DNA of 64,000 nt from Bacilli bacterium (GCA_017405445.1 JAFRAK010000039.1:66773-130772), one strand, 5' to 3'; shown: positions 19,221 through 29,676, numbered from the stretch's first letter. Notes: generated by a model from the letters alone, not told the origin. Numbers and translations: made by a program.

Positions 19221-20576
19221 TTGGCACAATTAGACAATCTTCGCAAGAAATGTGAAGTTCTAGGTTTAGAACCAGAGAAAACTAGAAATAGAGTAAATAA
19301 AGAGACTGGTGAAAGATATAGAGAAAGTACAATAGACAGTTGTATTTTAACTTTACAAAATTATTATATTGAAAAATATAGAAGTGAAGGAGTATTAAAT
19401 CCTTTTGTAGAAAGAATATTAGAGTTTAAACCGATGTTAGCAGCTCAAATGAAAGCTTTAAAAGAAGATGAACAATCAAAGCTTTGGGTAGACAATAATA
19501 ATTGGATGGCTACAGAGAAAATAGATGGAAATAGAATGAGATATTGTTATAATGAAAATTATGGAGTAGAATATTTTTCTAGAAATCTATCAGAAGGTAA
19601 CGATGGAGATTATCTTCCACTTAGATATTCTAGTAAATTAACTATTCCAAGACCAGATATGAATGCACTTAAAGCTGCAGGAATACATGATTTTATAATA
19701 GATACTGAATTAGTTCCATATTATGACCATATAAATCAATTTAGTAATCTTAGAAGAATAGATGGAGAATGGAAAGAGGTTTTAGAATACCCAGTAGCAG
19801 ATACTGGATTATCACTTACTACTTCAGTTTTAGGAGCACTAGATGATTTATCTCATAGAATGCAAGAAACTAACCCTATGAAATTGATGGCTTTTGATAT
19901 AATATCATTGAATGGAGAAGATTTAACTCAAAAACCTTTAAAAGAGAGATTATTACAGTTAGCTAAAATAATGACAATTCTTAGAAACAATGGATTAGAA
20001 GATAAAATACAATTAGTAAAAGGAACTACTGTTAATAAAACAAAATTCTATAAAGATATAGCTTCTAAAGGTGGAGAAGGATGTGTAGTTAAAGACTTAA
20101 ATTCTATATACGTAGGTAAAAGAGAAAAAACTTGGGTAAAAGCTAAACGTTCTGTATCTGGTTCTATACTAGAAGAACAAGCTGGAGATACTATAGATGC
20201 TTTCATTATTGGATTTAAAAGAGGTAATGAAGGTACTAATATAGAACAATACGTTGGAGCAGTAGATTTTGGTATATATCTTTTAGATGAAGAAGGTAAT
20301 TTTGTCACAGATGATATGGGAATGCCTGTTATACATCATATAGCTACTGTTTCAGGTTTAACATTAGATGAAAGAATTCAAATGACAGAGATAGGACCAG
20401 ATGGTCTACCTAGATTAAAGAAAGATTGGTATAATAAAGTAGCTGAAATTGATGGACAAGACGTAAGTTCTAAAAACTTAAGATTATCACACTCATTGAT
20501 TAAAAGATGGAGAATGGACAAAAATGCAGATGATTGTCAAATTAAAAAGAGCTTCTTAGAAAGCTTAATATTATAG
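19221..20576 (+). CDS. ATP-dependent DNA ligase
   Basis: Motif I EKIDGNR, plus FIIDTELV, GGEGCVVKD and WVKAKR. TTG start with GAGAGG upstream. Confidence 0.9.
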   Translation: MAQLDNLRKKCEVLGLEPEKTRNRVNKETGERYRESTIDSCILTLQNYYIEKYRSEGVLNPFVERILEFKPMLAAQMKALKEDEQSKLWVDNNNWMATEKIDGNRMRYCYNENYGVEYFSRNLSEGNDGDYLPLRYSSKLTIPRPDMNALKAAGIHDFIIDTELVPYYDHINQFSNLRRIDGEWKEVLEYPVADTGLSLTTSVLGALDDLSHRMQETNPMKLMAFDIISLNGEDLTQKPLKERLLQLAKIMTILRNNGLEDKIQLVKGTTVNKTKFYKDIASKGGEGCVVKDLNSIYVGKREKTWVKAKRSVSGSILEEQAGDTIDAFIIGFKRGNEGTNIEQYVGAVDFGIYLLDEEGNFVTDDMGMPVIHHIATVSGLTLDERIQMTEIGPDGLPRLKKDWYNKVAEIDGQDVSSKNLRLSHSLIKRWRMDKNADDCQIKKSFLESLIL

Positions 20577-20663
20577 AATTTAAAATATAATGATTTACAC
20601 GAGAATAAATCAGAAATAAAAGATATAGACAAATAATATATTTATATTATGGAGGTGAAATAA

Positions 20664-21186
20664 ATGATTTATTATACATCAGATTTACATTTTCGGTCAC
20701 AAAAATATCATTAAATATGAGAATAGACCGTTTGAAAACGTAGAAGAAATGAATGAAAAACTTATAGCAAACTGGAATGCTAAAGTAAAACCAGAAGATA
20801 TAGTATATCATTTAGGAGATTTTGCTTTTAGAGGAGCAAATATGAATTTAGACAGAATAATAGAATTTTATAACAGACTTAATGGTAAAAAGATATTGAT
20901 TATCGGTAATCATGATTTAGATTGGATAGACAAAGTAGCAGATAAGTTAGAGTACAAACCAGTAGATTATTTAGAGATTAAAGATGGTAATGATATAGTA
21001 GTTCTTTGTCACTATCCTATAGAAGATTGGGATGGAAAACATCATGGAACTATGCATGTTCATGGCCACATACATGGTAGAGATATTATATCACACTTAC
21101 CTAACAGATTTAACGCAGGAGTAGATGTTAGAAACTATGAACCGGTAACATTAGAAGAAATGAAAAAGGGTGCTAGTATGTTTTAG
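20664..21186 (+). CDS. calcineurin-like metallophosphoesterase; needs a +1 shift at CGG 20694
   Basis: MIYYTSDLHF+G+HKNIIKYENRPF... is restored by skipping C20694. Downstream motifs are GDFAFRG, GNHD and HGHIHG. Confidence 0.85.
20694..20697 (+). other. in-frame CGG-T +1 recoding site (phosphoesterase DLHFGH motif)
   Basis: TTT CGG TCA reads as F-G-H. Confidence 0.75.
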
Positions 21187-21226
21187 TACCCTTTCTACAT
21201 ATATTATAATATAGGAGGTAATTTAT

Positions 21227-21781
21227 ATGAGTATTTTAGAAGCAATACAACAAAGCTCTAATATGGAAATATTAAAGAATAATCTTAAGTCACTAATAAA
21301 AGATTATGATAATTCAGTAGAATATTATAAGCATGAACTTAGAGAAAATAACTTATATAATACTGATTTTGATAGTGATACTGATAATATTATAGACAGT
21401 GTAGAAAGTTTAGATAAAGTAAAGAATGCACTTAAAAACATTATAACTTCATTAAATAAAATTCAAGTAGTATTTGAGAAAATAGGTTATAGTGATAGCA
21501 CTGGTACTACAGATGACTGTGGAGAAGAGAGTTATTTACAACAATTAGATAAATTTTCAGAACAAGGTTTAAAACTTATAGAAAATTTTGAAAGAGAGTA
21601 TTTTGTATCTTTTTCAAATCAGTTATATTATTTGACATCACTATCAGAGATTCACTACAATAACAAGTTTGGAGATTTAACTGAAGAAATAAAAGTTACT
21701 CCAGCAGCTGAAGAGATGTTAGAAGAAACAGAAGAGTATTTAGGTAGTTTACCAGAAATTAAAACTAATGAAATAAAATAG
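21227..21781 (+). CDS. hypothetical protein
   Basis: 184-aa ORF with AGGAGG SD. Confidence 0.6.
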   Translation: MSILEAIQQSSNMEILKNNLKSLIKDYDNSVEYYKHELRENNLYNTDFDSDTDNIIDSVESLDKVKNALKNIITSLNKIQVVFEKIGYSDSTGTTDDCGEESYLQQLDKFSEQGLKLIENFEREYFVSFSNQLYYLTSLSEIHYNNKFGDLTEEIKVTPAAEEMLEETEEYLGSLPEIKTNEIK

Positions 21782-21868
21782 AGATTGGATTTGAAATTAG
21801 AATACCTCTAGAAGAATCTTTAAAGTCAGCATATAATTATTATAAAATAAGTAAAGAAAGGGCTTCAG

Positions 21869-22408
21869 ATGACAAATAGAGAACAGGTAATACAATTCAT
21901 GAGTAATATAAAAGGTAGAACTCCTATTTTGCTTTTAGCTAAAGCAGCATCTATATTTAAAGATATGTACTCTGGAAGAGTTTATGATATTAAAAATGAA
22001 GATGATGTTCAAGATATAAATAATATGAATATTAGTAAATTGAATAGAGCTATAGTAATAGAAGATTTATCTAGTTTATATACTGATGAAGACATATTAA
22101 AGTTAATTGAAGAAAGTAATTTGCAATTTATATTATTAGCATATAAAGATAATTTATCAGATACTTTAATGAGTAGATGTAAATCAATTTTAAAAATTCC
22201 AGATATAGAAGTTACAGAATGTAAATATATTAGTAAAACTTCTGCATTAAGTGCTATTGATGGAATGAATGCTGATAACTCAAATAAATATTTAGCAGAA
22301 AATTGTCCATCACTCATGAGAGATATGATAGATACTCAATTCCTAAAATACAAAGAAAGACTTGTTAACATTTTAGCAAATATGGAAGGTGGTATAAATG
22401 GAAGATAG
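21869..22408 (+). CDS. hypothetical protein, possibly clamp-loader (pol III delta-prime/RFC)-like
   Basis: The segment FILLAYKDNLSDTLMSRCKSILKIP resembles the SRC sensor region of clamp loaders. No Walker A motif was seen. Confidence 0.35.
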   Translation: MTNREQVIQFMSNIKGRTPILLLAKAASIFKDMYSGRVYDIKNEDDVQDINNMNISKLNRAIVIEDLSSLYTDEDILKLIEESNLQFILLAYKDNLSDTLMSRCKSILKIPDIEVTECKYISKTSALSAIDGMNADNSNKYLAENCPSLMRDMIDTQFLKYKERLVNILANMEGGINGR

Positions 22409-22634
22409 AGATAGAAATCTGATAAAGAAGGTAGCTAATAAAACAGGAGCTACAGTTAGTTATACTAAACAGTCTTTAGAAGATTTTAAAGAAGTTGGAA
22501 TATATCCGACTGCAAAACAATTAACTGAGTATATGAGACTTAGACTTTCACCGGTTACTCTTTATACTAGAAATGATAATGATGATAGAGTATCTTTTAC
22601 GAAAGTAGATTATATAAAGAAAGCATTAAGGTGA
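22398..22634 (+). CDS. hypothetical protein
   Basis: 78-aa ORF overlapping the upstream gene end. Confidence 0.5.
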   Translation: MEDRDRNLIKKVANKTGATVSYTKQSLEDFKEVGIYPTAKQLTEYMRLRLSPVTLYTRNDNDDRVSFTKVDYIKKALR

Positions 22635-22638
22635 TATA

Positions 22639-23365
22639 ATGAGTAAAAGTTTAGCATACGAACCTAGAAAAATAGATATAATAAATCACAGTGTAAAGCC
22701 TAATAATGTAGAGTTATTGAGCTTTTTCTATCCAGATTTTAAAACTATTAGTGATAATGTAATGATTGTAGATGGACCAGTAATATATACTGGAGATACT
22801 GCTTATTTGAATAGAATTAAGAATTTTGGTCATTCTGTAATATCAGTAACTTCTTTAGGAGAGTTTGATTTATCTGATAATAGAACTTTAGTAGATATGA
22901 CATTTTCAAAATGGAATCAAGAAGTACCGGCTAGATTAGTTAAATTTATAGATGATTTAGACTACGATGAATTATTAAATGCAGTAAAAATACATTGGGT
23001 TACTGGTAAATGGACTATAAGAAAATACTCTAAGAAACGGAGCTTTTATAACATTAGCAGAAAGTTTTATGACTGACACTCCTAATATATTAGCTACATA
23101 TATAAAGCTTTTAGAAAGCAAATATAACACTGGGGCTTATATGGAGAAATCTATTCTTAGTTTCTTAGAAAAAATAGCTGCTGGTTCTTCAGTAAATACA
23201 TATTGGTATAAGAAAATTTTAAAACAATATAGTAGAGCTAAAAAGCATTTATTAAAACAAGCGATAGATAAATATATTAGAGTAAATATTTGGAACAAAG
23301 ACCTAAAAGTGTATAATTTATTGCAAGATTTAAACAGAGTAGACCAAAAGTGGACATCAGAATAA
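22639..23365 (+). CDS. hypothetical protein formed by joining two ORFs through a +1 shift at CGG 23038
   Basis: The zero frame stops 12 codons after the CGG. The +1 frame opens 6 codons before it and runs 109 codons further. The downstream ORF has no SD of its own. Confidence 0.6.
23038..23041 (+). other. in-frame CGG-A +1 recoding site
   Basis: AAA CGG AGC reads as K-G-A. Confidence 0.6.
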
Positions 23366-23405
23366 AATCTGAGACATTTTCAGATTTAGTCAAATAAATT
23401 ATATT
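23357..23405 (+). repeat. cassette copy c
   Basis: tcagaataaaatctgagacattttcagatttagtcaaataaattatatt. Confidence 0.65.
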
Positions 23406-23488
23406 ATTAAAATTTTAAAGGAGGTTATAAAATAACCTCTTCGTTATTTATTATAATAGGAAATTGTTATATGGAGGTAGTAACTTTT

Positions 23489-23767
23489 ATGGAAAAATCT
23501 GATGTAATATTTAGAGTAGCTAAAGATACTGATACTAAAAAACTAGCATCTGCAATATTCTCAAATTTGAAGAATACAGATAGTCTAGTTTTAAGTTGTT
23601 TAGGGGTACCTGCAGTAAATCAAGCTATAAAAGCTATAATTATTGCAAGAAGCTCTAGTATAAGTAATGGGTTTGATATAGCTAGTTACCCACATTTCTC
23701 AGAAGTAGTAATTTCTGGAGAAGAAAAAACTAGTATAGATATAGTTTTAAAGAAAGATTTAGTATAA
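23489..23767 (+). CDS. SpoVS-family (stage V sporulation protein S-like) protein
   Basis: FRVAKDTD..LASAIFSNL....LSCLGVPAVNQAIKAIIIARS...NGFDI...PHFSEVVISGEEKTSIDIVL is colinear with B. subtilis SpoVS (..IGAGALNQAVKAVAIARG...SGVDL...PAFTDIQIDGEERTAIKLIV). Confidence 0.8.
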   Translation: MEKSDVIFRVAKDTDTKKLASAIFSNLKNTDSLVLSCLGVPAVNQAIKAIIIARSSSISNGFDIASYPHFSEVVISGEEKTSIDIVLKKDLV

Positions 23768-23782
23768 GAAAGGAGAATAAAC

Positions 23783-25120
23783 ATGAGTAGATTAGACGGA
23801 GAAGCTAAAAGAGTTAGTGGTAATATTTTACACAATCTATTAGAAAATGCATCAGCTAAAACTTCAACAGAAAGACAAATAAATACAGATAAACCAGAGG
23901 AAGCTCCAAAAGAAACTAAAGAAGCTTTAGTTAAGAAGGTTCAAAAACCAGAGGTTCCTCATAAAGAGCACATTAAAGAGTCAGCTGGAGAACCTGGAAC
24001 TCAATATAGAGTTGTAGTATATACTCCATTTGGACAAATTGATGTAGATGTAGATGCAAACAGTGAAGAAGAAGCTAATGAAGTAGCTGTAAATAAAGTA
24101 AAAGATGCTTTTCAAGATGAATATAAAAGTGAAATAAGAGCTGCTAAAGTAATAAAATTAACAGAAACTGAAGAATTAGTAGAAGATATTTCTTCAGAAG
24201 ATAAACTTCAAGAATTACAGAATAGAGTAGCTGGATTACAAGATTATTTAGATAATACACCAGAAATAGCAGATGATGAAAGACAAGCAATTCAATCAGA
24301 AATAGATGAATTATTAGATGAAATAAACTATTTTGAAAATGGTTTACCAGAAATCGAAGAACCATCTGAAGATGATTTACATTTAGGAGAATCAGCTTTA
24401 ACAGAAGCTCCTAATCCAGAAAACGATGACATTAACAAAAAGATATTAAGTACTATAAGAACTAAATCAGATGTAGAACCAAGATATAAATCAGATTTAG
24501 AAGCAGCTGGACTAAAAGTAGAACCTAATAAATATGAAAATAGCTGGAATGTAATAGGAAGCAATGGTAGAAAGTTATCTAAAGATGCTTTTATGGGTGG
24601 TAAAAGTGCTAGATTTAACTCTAACAATAATAAAGTAGCTGATTATTACAATATGTTAACTAAAGAAGTAGATAATGATAAAAATTGGCAAAATAAAGAT
24701 TTAAGAAATTCTAAACCAATTCAAAGACAAGATAAATGGCATCACTATAATAAAGAAACACATGAGTGGGAACCAGGTACAGATTATTCTAGAAAAGAGT
24801 ACGATAGAAGACAAAGAAATTCTATGGGATACAATTTCGATGATTTAAGAGGCGGTTCTAAAGATATTAGAGATTATAAACAAGCTCAAGGTAATGAAGA
24901 CTTTCATAGTAGAGCTAAAGGATGGTCTCAAGATGATGTAGATTCAGCCAATAAGAAATTAGCTGATTTTCAAGCTAGTATATCTGACAAAATAGCAGAA
25001 TTACAAAGAAACATAGATAGAGCAAAAGAAAATTATAACTCTCATGTTTCAGGAGAAGAACAAGCTAAACAAGCTAAGCAAGATATATTAAATAGAAAAA
25101 GAGAAGCTCGTAATAAATAA
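23783..25120 (+). CDS. acidic/charged protein with MSRL-type N-terminal leader (head-internal or scaffold candidate)
   Basis: Starts MSRLDGEAKRVSGNILHNLLE|N. Low-complexity, E/K/D-rich. Confidence 0.6.
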   Translation: MSRLDGEAKRVSGNILHNLLENASAKTSTERQINTDKPEEAPKETKEALVKKVQKPEVPHKEHIKESAGEPGTQYRVVVYTPFGQIDVDVDANSEEEANEVAVNKVKDAFQDEYKSEIRAAKVIKLTETEELVEDISSEDKLQELQNRVAGLQDYLDNTPEIADDERQAIQSEIDELLDEINYFENGLPEIEEPSEDDLHLGESALTEAPNPENDDINKKILSTIRTKSDVEPRYKSDLEAAGLKVEPNKYENSWNVIGSNGRKLSKDAFMGGKSARFNSNNNKVADYYNMLTKEVDNDKNWQNKDLRNSKPIQRQDKWHHYNKETHEWEPGTDYSRKEYDRRQRNSMGYNFDDLRGGSKDIRDYKQAQGNEDFHSRAKGWSQDDVDSANKKLADFQASISDKIAELQRNIDRAKENYNSHVSGEEQAKQAKQDILNRKREARNK

Positions 25121-25140
25121 TTTGAAGGAGGTAAATAATT

Positions 25141-25869
25141 ATGAGTAGATTAAATAATGAAGGTGTAAGAAAAGCTGCAGGAGGAATACTTGCAAATTTA
25201 ACAGAAGCAGAACATTTATCAATTAAGAAAAGAGTTTTAACAGATAAACAAGGCACAGTAGAAACTAGAATATTAGAAGAAAGTGTAGAAGAAAAAGAAG
25301 AAGTTAAAGATGAAAAATTAAATGAATCAGTAGAACCTACACAACCAGAAGGAGCTGAAGACCCAGTTCCAGGTGAAGGTAAAGAACCTTTACAAGAAGA
25401 TGAAATAGAAGGTGAAGAACTTCCAGTAGAAGAACCAGCAGCTGAAGACCCAAATGAAAAATTAGCTAAAGCTACAGAGTTATTAGCTAAAGTATTTGGT
25501 GTAGAAGTTAGTGAAGAAGAAAGAGAAGCTGCTAGAGCAGAATTAACAGATTTAGTAGCTGGAGAAGCAGAAGCTACTGAAGAACTTCCAGTAGAAGAAC
25601 CAGTAGAAGGTGAAGAAATAGTAGAAGAATCTGCTAAAATCTGTGAAAAATGTGGAAAAGAACCTTGTGAATGTGAAAAAGATAAAGCAGAAGAAAAAAT
25701 GGTAGAAGGTTTAGAGATAGTAGACGTTGCTAATAACAAATTCTTACTAAAAGAATCAGCTGGTTATATCGTAGGTAAAAACTATAATAAAGCTACTGGT
25801 TTAATAGAAGAAGCTGAAACATATAAAACAGAAAAAATCGCAAGAAAAGCATTTGATAGATTAAAATAA
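25141..25869 (+). CDS. highly acidic protein with MSRL-type leader (scaffold/internal protein candidate)
   Basis: Starts MSRLNNEGVRKAAGGILANLTE|A. Contains E/P/V-rich repeats. Confidence 0.6.
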   Translation: MSRLNNEGVRKAAGGILANLTEAEHLSIKKRVLTDKQGTVETRILEESVEEKEEVKDEKLNESVEPTQPEGAEDPVPGEGKEPLQEDEIEGEELPVEEPAAEDPNEKLAKATELLAKVFGVEVSEEEREAARAELTDLVAGEAEATEELPVEEPVEGEEIVEESAKICEKCGKEPCECEKDKAEEKMVEGLEIVDVANNKFLLKESAGYIVGKNYNKATGLIEEAETYKTEKIARKAFDRLK

Positions 25870-25903
25870 GTAACATATAATCCTATATAGGAGGATGAAT
25901 GTT

Positions 25904-26284
25904 ATGGAAATTACAAGTGTAAAACAAGCGATAAAAGAACAGATTACACAAATAGATAACTTTATAAATAATTTACCAGATTTAAAAGTTAATCTAGATT
26001 GGAATCAAAAACACAACAAAGAGATAGTAGATAGAGAATGGACAAAATATCTTAATATAGAAGATGATTTAACTAGAACGATATTAGCCTCTGAATATTT
26101 ACAATCACAAATAAAGGAGGCTATATCAGTTTTAGGTAATAATTTAGAGATAGAGATAAATCAAAAGAATATGTTAAGAAAATCATTAGATATATTAGAG
26201 AATAGAACTAAACCATTAGAACAATTAAGAATGGGAATACAAAATAAAATTTACTATTATCAAAGATTATCTAGAGATATTTAA
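25904..26284 (+). CDS. hypothetical protein
   Basis: AGGAGG lies 9 nt upstream of the ATG at 25904. Confidence 0.55.
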   Translation: MEITSVKQAIKEQITQIDNFINNLPDLKVNLDWNQKHNKEIVDREWTKYLNIEDDLTRTILASEYLQSQIKEAISVLGNNLEIEINQKNMLRKSLDILENRTKPLEQLRMGIQNKIYYYQRLSRDI

Positions 26285-26306
26285 AATCTGGCAGAAAGGA
26301 GTAAAG

Positions 26307-27284
26307 ATGAAAAAGACTCTAAAGTTAGTAGAATCAGATAATAAAAAGGATAGATGGAAAAATTTCTGTAATAGTATGGCTAAAAAGGGATTTTTAAATA
26401 TAGATAATATGGAAGCTTTATCTGATAATGATTTTATAGATAAGCTTTCATTCGATGAATTAGATATGTTTAATGAATTAGAAGCATATAGCTATCAAGA
26501 AATACAAGATATGGTTAGAAAAGAATTAGCTAAAAATGAAGAAAATATATTTGGACAAGAGACTGCTGATGAAAAGAAAGCTAAAGAAGATAGTGCTAAA
26601 AGAGGTTTATACCCTGCAAGTGAATTAACAGAAGATGTAGACACTGGAAAAGATGAAGAGAATGATACAGCTGAAGAAATAGCAGATGAAATGCAAGATG
26701 AAACTCCAGCAGAGGAAGAAGAAAAGTCTAACGTATTAGATTCAGAGTTAGAAGACTTAAGAGAAGTTCTTCCAGATTTAGATTTAAATCTCTATCAAGT
26801 AACAGACAAAGAAGATACAAATAAAATCTTTTATTTTATAGGTAAAGTAGCTGAAGATAATAATGATGTATTGATGTTAATAGATAATAATCCAACTAAA
26901 GATATAGATGAACCTTCAACTATAAATGATGAACTACCAGAAGATGAAGATAACAGAGAAGTAGATGAATTAGAAGATACAGAAACTAACAATGACGAAG
27001 TAAATGATGAATCTAAAGAAAATAGATTTGATTTTGTTAGAATACCAGATAAATATGAAGATTTAGCTAAATTAAGTCCAAGATACGGAGATGAATTAAA
27101 TCCGGACCATGAAGCGGTTATGGAATATTTGATGAAATGTTTAGTAGAAAAAGACCCTAAAAGAGCTGAAGAATTATCTTCTGAAAAAGATACAAGTGAT
27201 GGTTCAAAGATACCATTAGATGCTGATATTCAAGCAGACATAGACAATAAAATAGAACACTATTCAAATAATTTAAATAAATAG
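26307..27284 (+). CDS. acidic protein with CTS-like leader MKKTLKLVE|S
   Basis: The leader resembles the T4 capsid-targeting sequence and ends in LxE. D/E-rich. Confidence 0.6.
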   Translation: MKKTLKLVESDNKKDRWKNFCNSMAKKGFLNIDNMEALSDNDFIDKLSFDELDMFNELEAYSYQEIQDMVRKELAKNEENIFGQETADEKKAKEDSAKRGLYPASELTEDVDTGKDEENDTAEEIADEMQDETPAEEEEKSNVLDSELEDLREVLPDLDLNLYQVTDKEDTNKIFYFIGKVAEDNNDVLMLIDNNPTKDIDEPSTINDELPEDEDNREVDELEDTETNNDEVNDESKENRFDFVRIPDKYEDLAKLSPRYGDELNPDHEAVMEYLMKCLVEKDPKRAEELSSEKDTSDGSKIPLDADIQADIDNKIEHYSNNLNK

Positions 27285-27300
27285 AGAAAGGAGATAAACA

Positions 27301-29214
27301 ATGAAAAAACTACTAAAATTGATAATTAAAGAATCAGTAGAAGTAGAACCTAGAAAAATGACTCAAGAAGAGTTTAATAAAGAATTCGGTTCTGGTTCTA
27401 AAGTAGATGTTATTAACGCAGGTAGAGAACCTCAAGATAGAATAGAGATAGTAGATGAATCTGTATTAACTAGAACTGCTGCAGAAGAAACACTAAATGA
27501 AGAAGATGTTTCTTTTGAAGAAATTATCAGAGAAATGGAGAATGCTACTGATTACTCAGAATTATATAATGCAGCTAACAAAATAGCAGATGAAGATTTA
27601 AAAGCAGATGTTAATACGTTAATCAGTCAATGTGAAACTGATGGAGACGATGTAGAAACTGCATATTCAATAGTAACATCTGATTTGTTAGATGATAAAA
27701 TTCAAGATTTAAATGAAGAAGCTTATATTACAATAAATGATGGAAGAAAAGAGGACCCTGATTATTTAATACAAGATGTTACAGAGCTTAAAGATTTAAC
27801 AGATGAAGATGTAGAAGCTCCATCTATAGAAGGTTTACTATCATTAGTAAACGAAAGTTTAAATAATAAATATGGAAGTACTTGGGGTTACATGAAAGCT
27901 AAATCTATATCAATGAAAGAAAACTTACAATATGCTATTATAGATATAGTAACTCCTTCAATTCTTAGAGAAGCTGAAGAAAATAAAATAAAAGACAGAG
28001 CAGTTTCTAAAACTGTTATAATAGAAAGTGTTCCTAATTCAAAATCTTTAGTTAATTTTAAAGTTAATACTTTAGCCGGAACTACTAGATTTAGTCAAAA
28101 AACTAGAGAACCTGCAAAGGTATTTGCAAGATGGCTAGAATCAGAATATTTATATGATGAAATGGTAAAAGACTTTCAAGCTAAAATAGAAGCTAGACAA
28201 GCAGAATTAAAAGATTCTATAGAAAGTTATTTAAAACAACATCCAGATTTAAAAGTTAGAATAGACGTTATAAAAGCTCAAGAAAAATTATTAAAAGATG
28301 CTGGAGTATTAGAAGATAGTAAAGATGAATTAGCTGATTTAGCTTATGGTATAGCAGTAGAATTCCCTGCAAATACTAACGTAAAAGGAAATAAAGACAA
28401 TGAATACACACAAGAATTTGATACAGTAGATGAGATAGTAAAAGCATTGTTTGGAGAATCTTATGTTAGAGAAGAGAAGAAAGAAGAAAAAGAATTAAAG
28501 AAACAAAATAAAAAAGTTCTAAAAAGTTCTTCACTAAAAGAAGGGTATGAAAGTTTTAAAATAGGAGAAATAGAAGGGACATTTAATCCATCTACTGGAG
28601 AAGCAATGTACTCTATTCCATCTAAAAATGTAGTAGATAAGAAAATATCTTTAGATAAAGTTCCTTCAGTAGAAACTCCTTATGATACAGATACTATAAT
28701 AAAAGATTATATAGAAAAGAACTATGGAGTAGTTCAATCACAAGAAGAACCAGCAGAAAATCCAGAGCCTACTCCAGATGAACAACCTCAAGGAGAACCT
28801 ATAGAAAAATCAGATGATGTAGAAACTGCAGAAACAGACGAAGAAGCTGTAGATATAGAAGATGAAAGTTCTTTAAATGAGGATGCTCAACAAGAGACTG
28901 GAAGTGCTAGCTTTTATAAAATAAGACAGAGAGAACCTATAAGTGTAGAACAATTAGCAGATAAAACATCTAGTATGTCAAACTCTCAAGAATCTGAATA
29001 TATAGTAGTAAAAGAAGTAACTTTAAGTCCAGAAGATATGAATAGTCTAACTTCAGATTTATCTAAAGCTCAAAGCTTCTTACAAGGAGTAGAACCAGTA
29101 GATAGAAAGAACTATGCATTTAATGTAGTAAAAGTAACTTCTAATGGTTCAGCTTACACATTGTTAATAGACCCGGTAGGGTACGATTACTGTCGTTACG
29201 TAGCCATAAAATAG
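27301..29214 (+). CDS. large acidic protein with CTS-like leader MKKLLKLIIKE|S
   Basis: 637-aa ORF with the leader motif; D/E-rich. Confidence 0.6.
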   Translation: MKKLLKLIIKESVEVEPRKMTQEEFNKEFGSGSKVDVINAGREPQDRIEIVDESVLTRTAAEETLNEEDVSFEEIIREMENATDYSELYNAANKIADEDLKADVNTLISQCETDGDDVETAYSIVTSDLLDDKIQDLNEEAYITINDGRKEDPDYLIQDVTELKDLTDEDVEAPSIEGLLSLVNESLNNKYGSTWGYMKAKSISMKENLQYAIIDIVTPSILREAEENKIKDRAVSKTVIIESVPNSKSLVNFKVNTLAGTTRFSQKTREPAKVFARWLESEYLYDEMVKDFQAKIEARQAELKDSIESYLKQHPDLKVRIDVIKAQEKLLKDAGVLEDSKDELADLAYGIAVEFPANTNVKGNKDNEYTQEFDTVDEIVKALFGESYVREEKKEEKELKKQNKKVLKSSSLKEGYESFKIGEIEGTFNPSTGEAMYSIPSKNVVDKKISLDKVPSVETPYDTDTIIKDYIEKNYGVVQSQEEPAENPEPTPDEQPQGEPIEKSDDVETAETDEEAVDIEDESSLNEDAQQETGSASFYKIRQREPISVEQLADKTSSMSNSQESEYIVVKEVTLSPEDMNSLTSDLSKAQSFLQGVEPVDRKNYAFNVVKVTSNGSAYTLLIDPVGYDYCRYVAIK

Positions 29215-29349
29215 ATTTAACTCTGATAATAGTCAAGGTATTTAATATATAATTTTATATCTTGGCTATTTTTGTGTCTCTGTTTTCATTCTGATTAAAG
29301 CTAATTATAATTTTATTTAATATATTATAATATAAGGAGGTAGATAGTT

Positions 29350-29661
29350 ATGGAACAATTCAGTAAATTATTCATAATGTCTTTTGTAGTTGTATCTATT
29401 TATGATATTATTAAATCTTTTTATAAAGATAATAAATTAGATATCAACTCAATTATAACAGCTATTATAGGTATATTTTTAGCTATTTTATCAGGACTAG
29501 ACGCATTTACATTAGTAGGAATTAACTTTGCAGTTCCATTTGTAGGACAAGTACTAACTGGTTTAGTAATAAGCAAAGGTTCAAACTATGTATACGACTT
29601 TATAACTAAAATTATATCAATGTTGAACGGTAAATCATCAGACACTAAAAATGTCGGATAA
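29350..29661 (+). CDS. putative holin
   Basis: 103 aa with two or three hydrophobic helices and a charged C-terminus. Lies just upstream of the endolysin. Confidence 0.6.
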   Translation: MEQFSKLFIMSFVVVSIYDIIKSFYKDNKLDINSIITAIIGIFLAILSGLDAFTLVGINFAVPFVGQVLTGLVISKGSNYVYDFITKIISMLNGKSSDTKNVG

Positions 29662-29676
29662 GGAGGTAGTAAGTTT

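Noticed and set aside
1597-29331. The recurring TAATATATTATAAT element (1597, 12060, 21198, 29318) as an additional promoter class.
   Set aside because: In two copies the TATAAT ends only 2-3 nt before the SD (21210 and 29331). A transcript starting there would lack the SD. The element is more likely an AT-rich translation-initiation context or a chance match in AT-rich DNA.
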